A stretch of 64,000 nucleotides of DNA from an uncultured Acidobacteriota bacterium (GCA_963779415.1 CAVZYA010000002.1:128001-192000); one strand, 5' to 3'. Counted from the stretch's first letter, positions 45,540 through 54,842 are shown. Notes: generated by a model from the sequence alone, not told the origin. Translations and numbers: made by a program.

Positions 45540-45590
45540 GCGCACATTCCAACCTCTCCTCCAAGCCGCCTTCGGGCGGCTCCTTTTTTT
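45540..45590 (+). ncRNA. Candidate ~50-nt small RNA with CU-rich anti-SD seed
   Basis: Predicted +1 ~45539-45540, then ACATTCCAACCTCTCCTCC, then intrinsic terminator; no ORF fits. Confidence 0.4.
45564..45590 (+). terminator. Rho-independent terminator
   Basis: AGCCGCC-TTCG-GGCGGCT hairpin followed by CC and T7. Confidence 0.8.
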
Positions 45591-45622
45591 CCTTCCTCCT
45601 GAATCGTTTACGATGGACCCCC

Positions 45623-46945
45623 GTGGCAGAGCCGCCCGTCTACTTCGCCTTCACCGGGGGGCGCCAGATCGGACCTCTCCAGTTCGCCGAGCTGGCGGAC
45701 CTGGCCGCACGGAGTGTTCTCCATCCCGACGATCTCGCGTGGAAGAGCGGCACGCCGGAATGGGTCCCCGCCTCGCAGCTTCTCGCGTTCCCGAAGCGTC
45801 CGTCATCACCCGAAGTGCCGGCATTCCCGTCACCGGGAGCCGAGGGCGTTCCCGATCTTGCGGCGCCTGCCACTTCGGCCGCGCCGGCCAGATCGGCTTC
45901 CGCTCCCCTGCGTCCGGCCGGTCCGGCGTCGCCGCCCGGAAAGTGGCCGCGCGTCACGATGACGAAGGGCTCCGACGACCCCGGCCTCGCGTTGGAGGAG
46001 ACGGGCGTCGGAAAGGGCTCGAAGGAGACCGCGCTCAATGAGGCCGAAGAGGCGCCCGCCCGGGCCCGTTCCCGGCTCTCGGGGCTTCTCCCCATCCGCC
46101 GGCTCAACGACGCGGCGGTTCTCGGCTCTCCGGTCACATGGTCGCTCGTCTTCTTCGGCGTCGGTCCGCTCCTCGTCTCGGCGGTCGCCGAGGACCCCTA
46201 CCTCCGGATCCGGCTCTTCGACTTCGGCTGCGGTGCGCTCTGGATCGCCTTCTTCTACTGGGCCTACCGGACCGAGGCCGCGACGACCCGGACCATCCTC
46301 TCGGTCTTCTTCGGGTCGGTCCTCTTCGCCCTCCTCTACTTCGGCCTTCTCGAGGGATGGCCCCCCATTTCGACGCTCCGGGGCGCGGCCGCAGGGGCGG
46401 GCTTCGGTACGCGCTTCATCGCCGCGCTCCTGGGAACGGCCCTCGTGCAGGAACTCGGGAAGGTGGCGCTCCTCGTCCTCATCGCGCGTGCGCTCGGCGA
46501 GCTGAACGAATTCGGAGACGGTCTCTTCTTCGGCCTCATCGCCGGAGCCGGGTTCGGCCTTTGCGCGTCGATCGTCCGTTCCTGGACGTTCGGCATCCCC
46601 GACGAAAAGGTCCTCCGCGCCTCCGACGCGCCCGTCGCGGCGCTCTATGCCTCTTTCCTCGGAGCCGCGGTCCAGGCTCTCGCTCTCCCCTTCCTTCATG
46701 CCGTCTGGAGCGCCATCGCCGGAGGCTTCGTGGTCCGCGGGCTTCCCTCGAAGGGTCGGCCGGCGGCACCCGGAACGATCCTTCTCGGCCTCGTCCTCGC
46801 CGTCGTCTTCCACGCGCTCTATGCGGCGCTCGCCCCGCCGGCGACGGCGTTCTTCTCGGTCCTCGTCGCCGCGGTGGCGCTCGCCCTCTTCCTCGCCCTC
46901 CGCCGCGACTCGGAGGAGCAGCCGATCCTCACGGCGCTGCGCTGA
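45623..46945 (+). CDS. GYF_2 (DUF4339) domain + PrsW-like intramembrane protease-fold protein
   Basis: N-term G.QIGP....L..L......DDLAWKSG..EW.PA (GYF_2), Pro/Ala linker, multi-TM domain with QELGK, G.GFG, LHAVWS, FHALY. GTG start inferred. Confidence 0.72.
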   Translation: MAEPPVYFAFTGGRQIGPLQFAELADLAARSVLHPDDLAWKSGTPEWVPASQLLAFPKRPSSPEVPAFPSPGAEGVPDLAAPATSAAPARSASAPLRPAGPASPPGKWPRVTMTKGSDDPGLALEETGVGKGSKETALNEAEEAPARARSRLSGLLPIRRLNDAAVLGSPVTWSLVFFGVGPLLVSAVAEDPYLRIRLFDFGCGALWIAFFYWAYRTEAATTRTILSVFFGSVLFALLYFGLLEGWPPISTLRGAAAGAGFGTRFIAALLGTALVQELGKVALLVLIARALGELNEFGDGLFFGLIAGAGFGLCASIVRSWTFGIPDEKVLRASDAPVAALYASFLGAAVQALALPFLHAVWSAIAGGFVVRGLPSKGRPAAPGTILLGLVLAVVFHALYAALAPPATAFFSVLVAAVALALFLALRRDSEEQPILTALR

Positions 46946-48245
46946 TCCGGGCCGCCGGCTTTCCGAGGAGAAAGCCCTGTCCGTACCGGATCCCGAGCTC
47001 GACGAGGCTTCGGAGCTCCTCCTCCCCCTCGATCCCCTCCGCCACGAGCGTCGAGCCGATCTGTCGGCCGAGGGAAAGGAGGCTCGCCAGGACCTCTCGC
47101 TTGATCGCATCCTGATGGAGATTCCGGACGATCGACGTGGCGATCTTCATGAACTCGGGACGAAGCTGCAGGATCGTCTCGAGGCCCGAGTAGCCCGATC
47201 CGGTGTCGTCGATGGCGAAGCGGAAGCCCGCGGCGCGCAGCCGCTCGAGAACCTCGCGGAAGGCCGGGTAGTTCCAGACGATCTCCTTCTCGGAAACCTC
47301 GACGACGATCGAGGGGTGTGCCCGCTTCATCGCGGCCAGGTTCCTTTCATCGAGAAAGACGGGGTGCGTCAGGAGACGCGCCGAGGCGTTGACGAAGAGA
47401 ACGCTGGAGCGCACGGCTCGTGGAAGGGAGGAGAAGATCGTCTCGAGGCAGAGGTTCTCGAGCTCGAGGAGCATGTCCCCTTCGCGCGCGACCGTGAAGA
47501 GCGCATCGGGCATCTCGAGCTCGCTGCCCGCCGGGCCGCGGATGAGCGCTTCGTAGCCGAGGACCCTCCGGTCCGAGAGCCCGCGAAGCGGCTGCCAGAC
47601 GGCGTGCAGGCCGCGCCCCGAGAGGACCTCCTTCAGCGCCTCGACGCGCCCCTTTCGCGCGCCGCTCTGCTGCGCTTCGGCCACCCGGACCGCTTCGAGG
47701 ATTCCGCGCGCGAGGTTGCGCGAGGGACGAACGCGCGGGTCGTCGGTCACGGAGGCGACGCCGACGTAGACGTTCATCAGGTCGACGGCGATCCGCCCGA
47801 AGGCCTGGCGGAGACGGCGAAGGACCCCCTGTCGGATGCGCCGCGCCTCCGGCTCGAGAAGGGCGGATCGGCGCTCGGCCGGGCGCGACGAGAGATCGAA
47901 GAGGAGACAGAAGCCGTCGCAGCCGTTGAAGGAGAAGGAGCGATGGAGCCCCTTCAGCTCCGAGGTTTCGAGGTCCTCCCTGAGGCTCGAAGCGGTCAGG
48001 CGGAGGACGCGGTCGTAGAGCTCCCAGCCATAGAGGCTCTCCACGCCGGCGAAGCGCCCGAGCTGGAGGTAGACGATTCCCATCCCGGCGACCCGCTCGA
48101 AGCCGGCGCCCGGGTCGGGCTGAAGCGGCAGGCCGGTCACGACGTCGGTGGCGAGCCGCTCCATGCCGAGGCGCGCCACGTCGGCGACGGCCTCGGGAGG
48201 GGCGGGCGGCACGAGAGTCAGGGGACGATGTCCACGCGATTTCAT
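46929..48245 (-). CDS. EAL-domain c-di-GMP phosphodiesterase with degenerate GGDEF-like N-terminus
   Basis: QP, YEALIRG, FVN, EVSE, IDDTGSGYSGL, VAEGIE, QGFLLGKP. Confidence 0.85.
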   Translation of the reverse strand: MKSRGHRPLTLVPPAPPEAVADVARLGMERLATDVVTGLPLQPDPGAGFERVAGMGIVYLQLGRFAGVESLYGWELYDRVLRLTASSLREDLETSELKGLHRSFSFNGCDGFCLLFDLSSRPAERRSALLEPEARRIRQGVLRRLRQAFGRIAVDLMNVYVGVASVTDDPRVRPSRNLARGILEAVRVAEAQQSGARKGRVEALKEVLSGRGLHAVWQPLRGLSDRRVLGYEALIRGPAGSELEMPDALFTVAREGDMLLELENLCLETIFSSLPRAVRSSVLFVNASARLLTHPVFLDERNLAAMKRAHPSIVVEVSEKEIVWNYPAFREVLERLRAAGFRFAIDDTGSGYSGLETILQLRPEFMKIATSIVRNLHQDAIKREVLASLLSLGRQIGSTLVAEGIEGEEELRSLVELGIRYGQGFLLGKPAARISAAP

Positions 48246-48634
48246 CGCGACTCCTTGCGGCGTCCCCCGGAGGTCAGGGCGTGCACCTTCCGGCGAAGCT
48301 CCTCGACGCGGAACGGCTTTCTCAGGTGGTCGGTGCCGCCCACCTGAAGGGCCGTGATCTGGTCGCGCAGCTCGCCCCGCCCGGTCAGGAAGAGGACGGG
48401 GACGTTCTGCGTCGCCGTCTGCCGGCGGACGATGTCACAGAGCTCCCAGCCGTTCAGACCGGGCATGTTCACGTCGAGAACGAGGAGATCCGGGGGGTCC
48501 GCGAGGACGGCCAGAAGTCCGGCGCGGCTGTCGCTCGCCCCGGCGACCCGGTAGCCCTCGCCCGAGAGGGCCTCCGCGACGGCCGTGACGAGAGAGGGGT
48601 CGTCGTCGACGATGAAGACCGACGGGTTCGTCAT
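48242..48634 (-). CDS. Single-domain response regulator (receiver)
   Basis: IVDDD, LDVNMPG, LFLTG, KPF; ATGA-coupled to upstream kinase and downstream EAL gene. Confidence 0.9.
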   Translation of the reverse strand: MTNPSVFIVDDDPSLVTAVAEALSGEGYRVAGASDSRAGLLAVLADPPDLLVLDVNMPGLNGWELCDIVRRQTATQNVPVLFLTGRGELRDQITALQVGGTDHLRKPFRVEELRRKVHALTSGGRRKESR

Positions 48635-49873
48635 GCGACCTCCGGTCTGTAGAGCGGGAACATGATCGTCACTTCCAGGCCGCGCCCCGGATCGGACAGG
48701 AGCGAGATCTTCCCGCCCTGCGCCTCGAGGAGCTCGCGAACGAGCGCGAGACCCAGCCCGCGCCCTTCGGCTCCCGAGGCCCGGGCCGCCTCGCCGCGAT
48801 AGGCGTACTCGAAGGCGCGCCTCTGCTCTTCGCGCGTCATGCCGATTCCCGTGTCGCTGATCACCACGAACGCGTGCTGGGCGGCGACGCTCGCGCGGAT
48901 CTTGACCTGTCCGCCGGACGGCGTGTACTTCACCGCGTTGTCGAGGACGTTCCGAAGCGCCCTCTGGATGGCGACGGGATCGGCCGCCACGACGATCTCC
49001 TCCTCGTCCGCGACGAACTCGATCAGGAGCCTCTCTCCGTGCGCGGCGCCGTAAGACGCCGCGAGCGAGTCGAGGAGCTTCAGAAGGTCGGTTCGGGGCC
49101 GCGGGCGGGGAGGCGGGGCGACCGGAGCGGCGCGGAGCGGGGCGGACGACGCCGGCGAGCGACTCCATCAGGCCGATCTCGTTTCCGAGGTTCGCCAGGT
49201 GCTCGGGGCGCGGCGGCTCCCCGCGACGCGCGCTCTCCGCGATGAGGTCCGCGTAAACCCGTACGACCGAAAGCGGCGACTTCAGATCGTGGAGAAGATC
49301 CTGCCTGGCGTCGCGAGCCGGGGACGTTTGCGAAGGGACGGCCCGGCTCCCGGTCGTCGCCGGGGCGTCGTTCCGGCTCTCCACGGCGGGCGCCGCCGCG
49401 AGAAGCCGGCCCCCGGCTTCGAGAACCAGGAGGACGGCCAGTGGCCAGACGACGCGAAGGACGGGCCCGACCGGAGGCGGAACGCCGCCGACCACGGCCG
49501 GCACCGCGAGCGCCGCCGCGCCGGCGGTCGCCGCCACGGCCAGAAAGCGTCCGGCGGGTGCTCCGTGGCCGACGCGCGCGAGAACGACCTCCAGGAGGAG
49601 AAGCGGATAGAGCTCGCTCGTGACTCCCCCCGTCAACGACAGCGCGAAGAGGACGAGCGTGAGAGAGGCGCCGAGGTCGACGGGGAGGGCAAAGACCCCG
49701 AAGGTGCGGCCGACGGACGGAACGAGGAGAAAGGCGCGCAGCGCCACGGCCCCGCCCGCGACCGCCGCAAGGCGAGGGACTTCCGGCGCCGCGGCGGCAC
49801 CGGAAGCCAGGACGAGGAGAATGGCGATGAGGAGCAGACCGGTCGAAAGGAGACCGCGCGCGAGGCTGCTCAC
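48631..49873 (-). pseudogene. Membrane sensor histidine kinase, frameshift near 49135
   Basis: TM helices, H-box HDLKSPL; HATPase boxes NVLDNAVKYT, DTGIGM, GRGLGL in a second frame. Confidence 0.82.
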
Positions 49874-49903
49874 GCGGACGCGAATCTTCCCGGGCCTCGC
49901 CCC

Positions 49904-51004
49904 TCAGTGGACATACGCGCAGCCGACCCGGAGCCGGCCGTCCGCGAGCGGAATGGCGCTCACGGTGCGCATGGCTACCCGGTGGGTCTCCGAGCTGTGC
50001 TTCTGGCGGATTTCACCCTGGAGAAACGAGGGGGGCTTTCCGTCCGAAGAGAGAAAGGCGAGGCCGCCATAGGAGATGTCACGGACTTCTGCGGTCTCTC
50101 CGCGCCGGGACCGCGAGCCGGGCAGTTTGACGGAGAGCCCCGGAACGTCGAAGCGCGGAAACCGCCGCGTGCGGCCGAAATCGGCGGAGGCCTGCTGCTT
50201 CGAACGATAGAGCCGGATGTCGGACATCTTCAGGAGGAAGTCGAGGAGACGTCCGTCCGTGGGAAACGACGCCACGCCGTACGAGAGACCCACCCGGAGC
50301 CCGACCTGGCGCGGAAGGCGAATCGTCCCGACCCGCCGCCTTATCCGCTCGGCCACCGTCAGGCTGTGAAGGATGTCGCTGTTCGGAAGGACGGCCACGA
50401 ACTCGTCGCCGCCGTAGCGGCACCCCGCGTCCACCGCGCGAAGAGAGGCCCGTATGGCCGCGGCCGTCCGCGCGAGGATGCTGTCGCCGACCGGATGGCC
50501 GAGCCGGTCGTTGATCCCCTTGAACCCCGTCAGATCCATCATCAGAACCGAGACGACGCCTCCGGTCCGCTCGGCACGTGCCACCTCGCGGTCGAGGTGG
50601 TCGAGAAGGAAGCGCCTGTTGTAGAGCCCCGTCAGCGGGTCGGTGATGGCGTTGAATCTCAGCGCTGAGACATCCTGATCGGAGAGGATCCGCGGCTCGG
50701 CGAGAAATCCGCGCCGGCTGTGAAACTCGTGGAGAAGCGCGGTCTGGAGCGACACGGGCGAGCCGAGGCTCTCGTGAAGCGCGGAGAGGAGCTTCAGAAC
50801 GCGCTTGAACTCGCGCTCGGCTTCGGTCGGCTCGAGCGTGACGCCGGTCCACTCGATCAGGAGAAGGCGAAGGAGTTCTCCCGCGCCGATCCCGTCCGCC
50901 GCGGCCGAAAGCTCCTGCTCGAAGGTTTCGCGTGCGAAGTTACGGGCTCGACCCAGCTTCGCGAGCCGGGCGACACGGGAAGCGACGTCCTGCTCTTTCA
51001 GCAC
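49904..51004 (-). CDS. Diguanylate cyclase with C-terminal PilZ domain
   Basis: TDPLTGLYNRR, FK.IND.LGH..GD, RAVD I-site, GGDEF; PilZ RRFPR and DISYGG. Start uncertain (GTG 51004, or upstream to 51073). Confidence 0.87.
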   Translation of the reverse strand: MLKEQDVASRVARLAKLGRARNFARETFEQELSAAADGIGAGELLRLLLIEWTGVTLEPTEAEREFKRVLKLLSALHESLGSPVSLQTALLHEFHSRRGFLAEPRILSDQDVSALRFNAITDPLTGLYNRRFLLDHLDREVARAERTGGVVSVLMMDLTGFKGINDRLGHPVGDSILARTAAAIRASLRAVDAGCRYGGDEFVAVLPNSDILHSLTVAERIRRRVGTIRLPRQVGLRVGLSYGVASFPTDGRLLDFLLKMSDIRLYRSKQQASADFGRTRRFPRFDVPGLSVKLPGSRSRRGETAEVRDISYGGLAFLSSDGKPPSFLQGEIRQKHSSETHRVAMRTVSAIPLADGRLRVGCAYVH

Positions 51005-51065
51005 TTTCCGGACGGTTTGCTGCCCGCCGCAGATCGGCTTTTGAATTCCATCGAAGCGGGAAAAT

Positions 51066-51081
51066 TGTAACACGCGTCACG
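51066..51081. promoter_or_regulatory. CRP/FNR-family-like operator between divergent DGC and ferredoxin genes
   Basis: TGTAA-N6-TCACG (consensus TGTGA-N6-TCACA), overlapping a minus-strand TGTTACAAT extended -10. Confidence 0.35.
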
Positions 51082-51157
51082 GTTTCTTGGTGCGCCTGCA
51101 TCATGGGAATCGGGCCCGTTTTCCGGCAACTTCCTCTCCGCAAGGGGGGTTGCCACC

Positions 51158-51406
51158 ATGGCGATGATCATTCTGGACACATGCATCAACTGCGGGAACT
51201 GCGAGCCGGACTGCCCGAACACGGCGATCTCGCAGGGCTCCAGCATTTACCAGGTCGCTCCGGAAAAGTGCACCGAGTGCGTCGGCGCGTTCGACGCGCC
51301 GAAGTGCGTCGAGGTCTGCCCCGTTGACGGCTGCATCGTCGTCGACCCGGCTCACACCGAGACCCACGACGCGCTCGAGGCGAAGTACCACTCGCTCCAT
51401 CCCTGA
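51158..51406 (+). CDS. 2[4Fe-4S] ferredoxin, YfhL family
   Basis: CINCGNCEPDCP and CTECVGAFDAPKCVEVCP. Confidence 0.92.
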   Translation: MAMIILDTCINCGNCEPDCPNTAISQGSSIYQVAPEKCTECVGAFDAPKCVEVCPVDGCIVVDPAHTETHDALEAKYHSLHP

Positions 51407-51436
51407 ACGCGGCGGGGCGCGGCCCCGACAGGAACG

Positions 51437-51471
51437 AGCCGGCGGCAGGAGCCGCCGGCTTGTCGTGCTTT
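51437..51471 (+). terminator. Probable terminator hairpin after ferredoxin
   Basis: AGCCGGCGGC-AGGA-GCCGCCGGCT perfect 10-bp stem, imperfect T tail. Confidence 0.5.
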
Positions 51472-51601
51472 CGGGGGCGGCACCTGATGCACTCGCATCC
51501 GGTGACAGCCCGGCGGTTTCTACCCCACATTGATCTCCAGGAGACCTGGCTCGACCTCCAGGAGGTCACTCCGGGCCGGCTCCCCGTGTCGAGGAGGACG
51601 C

Positions 51602-53401
51602 ATGAGCTTCTCCATCAAGGTCGATCCTTCGACCTGGCAGCGCTACATCTCGACCCCGGTAAAGGGACTCGCGATCCTGATGGACCCCTTCACGAACAAG
51701 GGAACCGCTTTCACGGCGCAGGAGCGGGACGAGCTGGATCTCCACGGGCTCCTCCCCCCCGCCATCTGCACGATCGAGGAGCAGCTCCTGCGCGTCTACG
51801 AGAACTTCCTCCAGAAGCCGACGCCCCTCGAGAAGTTCATCTACCTGACGAGCCTCCACGACCGGAACGAGACCCTCTTCTTCCGCCTCGTCCACGAGCG
51901 GATCGACGAGATGCTCCCCATCGTCTACACGCCGGTCGTCGGCGAGGCGTGCCAGAAGTTCTCGCACATCTACCGCCGGGGCCGCGGCCTCTACGTCGGC
52001 TACGACCAGCGAAACAACATCGAGAGGGTCCTCTCGAACTTCCACACGAACGATCCGTCGGTGATCGTCGTGACCGACGGCGAGCGGATTCTCGGCCTCG
52101 GCGACCAGGGCGCCGGAGGAATGGGGATCCCGATCGGGAAGCTCTGCCTCTACACGATCTGCGCGGGCGTCTCGCCCTACTCCACGCTCCCGATCACGCT
52201 CGACGTCGGGACGAACAACGAGGAGCGGCTGAAGGACCCGCTCTATCTCGGCCTCCGGCACAAGCGGATCCGCGGGGAGGAGTACCAGGACTTCATCGAC
52301 CGGTTCGTGGCGGCCGTCCGGAAGGTCTACCCGCACGTCCTCCTCCAGTGGGAAGACTTCCTGAAGGGGAACGCGATCAAGCAGCTCGACCGCTTCCGCC
52401 ACTCGCTGCTGACCTTCAACGACGACATCCAGGGGACCGCGGCCGTCGTCCTCGCCGGGATCTATGGCGCCCTGAAGCTGACCGGAAAGCCGATGCGCGA
52501 CCAGCGCCTCGTCTTCGCCGGGGCGGGCGCCTCGACGCACGGCATCGCGGCGCTCTTCGTCTCGGCTCTCGTCGAGGACGGGCTCACGCCCGAAGAGGCG
52601 CGAGGGCGCGTCTGGATGGTCGACACGAAAGGCCTCGTCCTGACGGACCGGCCGGGGCTCGAGGACTTCAAGACGCTCTACGCCCGGGACTCCGGAGAGA
52701 CCCTCTCGTGGAAGGTCGCCGACCGCGGGCGAATCACCCTCGAGGAGACGGTCGCGAACGCGCGGCCGACGATCCTGATCGGCGTCTCCGCGACGCCGGG
52801 GACCTTCACCGAGAGCATCGTCCGTCTCATGGCCCGTCTCAACGAGAGGCCCCTCGTCTTCCCGCTCTCGAACCCCACCTCGAAGAGCGATTGCACCGCC
52901 GAGGAGGCCGTGAGGTGGTCGGACGGGCGGGCCATCGTCGCGACGGGAAGCCCCTTCCCGCCCGTGACGCTTGGAGGAAGGGCCTTCCGGATCGGCCAGT
53001 GCAATAACGCGTTCGTCTTCCCGGGCATCGGGCTCGGCGCCTGCGTCTCGCGCGCACGGCACATCAGCGACGGGATGTTCCTCGACGCGGCCAAGGCCCT
53101 TGCCGCGAACGTCACGGCCGAGGATCTCGCCGAGGGGGCCGTCTACCCCCGGCTTTCGCGTATCCGGGATTGCTCGCATTCCGTGGCGTGCGCCGTCATC
53201 CGCCGGGCGGTCGCGGAAGGGCATGCCGACGCGAGCGCCCTCGCGAACCTCGAAGAGTCGGTCCGCCGGGCGATGTGGTTCCCCGAGTACCTCCCGATCC
53301 GGTACGAACCGTGGGAGGACGCCGGACGTCACCGCGCAGCGGCCGTGCGGAAGGGAGCCGTCGAGGATCTGCAGGTGGAGGAGGTCCTGGTCGGGCGCTG
53401 A
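51602..53401 (+). CDS. maeA: NAD-dependent malic enzyme (SfcA/MaeA type)
   Basis: NKGTAF, PIVYTP.VG.AC, VTDGERILGLGDQG, DVGTNN, FNDDIQGT, GAGAS, PLSNPT, QCNN..FPG; GGAGG RBS. Confidence 0.93.
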   Translation: MSFSIKVDPSTWQRYISTPVKGLAILMDPFTNKGTAFTAQERDELDLHGLLPPAICTIEEQLLRVYENFLQKPTPLEKFIYLTSLHDRNETLFFRLVHERIDEMLPIVYTPVVGEACQKFSHIYRRGRGLYVGYDQRNNIERVLSNFHTNDPSVIVVTDGERILGLGDQGAGGMGIPIGKLCLYTICAGVSPYSTLPITLDVGTNNEERLKDPLYLGLRHKRIRGEEYQDFIDRFVAAVRKVYPHVLLQWEDFLKGNAIKQLDRFRHSLLTFNDDIQGTAAVVLAGIYGALKLTGKPMRDQRLVFAGAGASTHGIAALFVSALVEDGLTPEEARGRVWMVDTKGLVLTDRPGLEDFKTLYARDSGETLSWKVADRGRITLEETVANARPTILIGVSATPGTFTESIVRLMARLNERPLVFPLSNPTSKSDCTAEEAVRWSDGRAIVATGSPFPPVTLGGRAFRIGQCNNAFVFPGIGLGACVSRARHISDGMFLDAAKALAANVTAEDLAEGAVYPRLSRIRDCSHSVACAVIRRAVAEGHADASALANLEESVRRAMWFPEYLPIRYEPWEDAGRHRAAAVRKGAVEDLQVEEVLVGR

Positions 53402-53429
53402 GAAGAAAACCTCGTATCCTTCACGTCCC

Positions 53430-54624
53430 ATTACTCCCGACCGCCCCACGTCCGCCTCCCCCGCGGAGCTCGCCCCCCAGGAGGTCGTCCTTCGCTTCCT
53501 GGAGAGCACCGGCCGCCCTTCCGAGGCGCGCTTCTACCTCGGTCTCTTCCGCGCGCGCCCCCGGGAGCAGTTCGCGGCGATCGCGATCGACGCCCACGTC
53601 ATGGCGGACGCATCAGACGCCGTCGCCCAGGACCTCCGGTTTCTCGCCGCTCTCGACCTTTTCCCCACCGTCGTGCTGGGGCTCTTCCAGCCTGCCGAAG
53701 CGGCCGGGCACGCCCGCTCCCTGCGACGCCATCTCGAGGCCGAGGGGGTCCGTGTCGAGGAGCTGTCGGCGACGACACCCGGGCTGGCTGCTCGCGTGAC
53801 GCTCTGCGCCGGAGGCGGCGCGGTGCCCTTCGTCGTCTTCGAGCCGGCTGCAGGCGAGGAGCCGGGTGACCGGCTCGAGCGGCTGGGCGTGCTCCTCGCG
53901 GAGCTTCAGGTTCGCAAGCTCCTCTTCCTCCACCGGCCCGGCGGACTGCGCCAGGGGGGCCTCCTCGTCCCGATCGTGAACCTCACGACCGACGTCCCCG
54001 CGCTCCTCGCGAGCCGGGAGATCTCGCGCAAGGAGGCGCTGATCCTCAAGCAGGCGCGCCGGCTCTGCGAGGAGGCGTCACCTCTCCCCCTCACCGTCGC
54101 CATCACCTCCCCGCTGAACCTCCTGCGGGAGCTGTTCACGGTCAAGGGGGCGGGCACCCTGCTCCGCCGCGGGGCGCGCATCGTGCGCCATGAAGGGTGG
54201 GAGGGAGTGGACGTCTCCCGTGTCCGGGAACTCCTCACGTCGAGCTTCGGCCGCGCGCCGGTGGAAGCCTTCTTCGCGAGGAGACCCTGCTGCGTTTATC
54301 TCGAGGAGAGCTATCGGGGCTGCGCGATCCTCACGGACTCGCCGCTCGGTGCCTACCTCACGAAGTTCGCCGTCTCGGCGGAGGCGCAGGGTGAGGGGAT
54401 GGCGCGTGACCTCTGGGAGGCGCTCGTGGCCGACACCCCCGTCCTCTTCTGGCGGGCCCGGCGGACCAATCCGATCAGCGAGTGGTACGTCAAGCTCTGC
54501 GACGGGCTCGTCCGCCTGCCCGACTGGACCGTCTACTGGAAAGGCCTCGGTCCCGGCGCGCATCCCTGCGGCGATCGACTGGGCGGTCGCCCAGCCGGTG
54601 GACATCTCGCGGAACGGAGAGTGA
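53430..54624 (+). CDS. Acetylglutamate kinase-like/NAT (DUF619) protein, ArgB-ArgA-like; atypical start, frameshift near 54550
   Basis: FL.S.G..SEA.FYL..F, TSP..LL.ELFTVKGAGTL.RRG, YL.KFAV...AQGEG..RDLW, LFWR.R..NPI..WY. True C-terminus (RIPAAIDWAVAQPVD) is in another frame. Confidence 0.72.
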
Positions 54625-54668
54625 TAGTGGAGCTACCCGGAGAAGCGACACGGGGAGAGCCATTTAAG

Positions 54669-54746
54669 TGGTGCGCCCGCCGCGATTCGAACGCGGGACC
54701 TTCAGATCCGGAGTCTGACGCTCTATCCGGGCTGAGCTACGGGCGC
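54669..54746 (-). tRNA. tRNA-Arg(CCG)
   Basis: Cloverleaf GCGCCCG acceptor, anticodon arm TCAGA-CTCCGGA-TCTGA, TTCGAAT loop, encoded CCA. Confidence 0.96.
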
Positions 54747-54765
54747 CGAAAGCTCTCCAAAGAAC

Positions 54766-54842
54766 TGGGGTGAGAGACGGGATTCGAACCCGCGACCATC
54801 GGAGCCACAGTCCGATGCTCTACCGACTGAGCTACTCTCACC
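54766..54842 (-). tRNA. tRNA-His(GTG)
   Basis: G-1 encoded, anticodon arm TCGGA-CTGTGGC-TCCGA, GGTTCGAATCC, C discriminator, CCA. Confidence 0.96.

Noticed and set aside
48242-49873. Hybrid TM-HisKA-receiver fusion in the ORF track
   Set aside because: Produced by one frameshift near 49135; the HATPase domain is intact in another frame and the receiver has its own ATG.
50975-51030. Possible c-di-GMP-I riboswitch upstream of the cyclase (GCAAACC...GAAA...GGACG on minus strand)
   Set aside because: Lacks the GCAAAG junction and second hairpin, and overlaps likely coding sequence.
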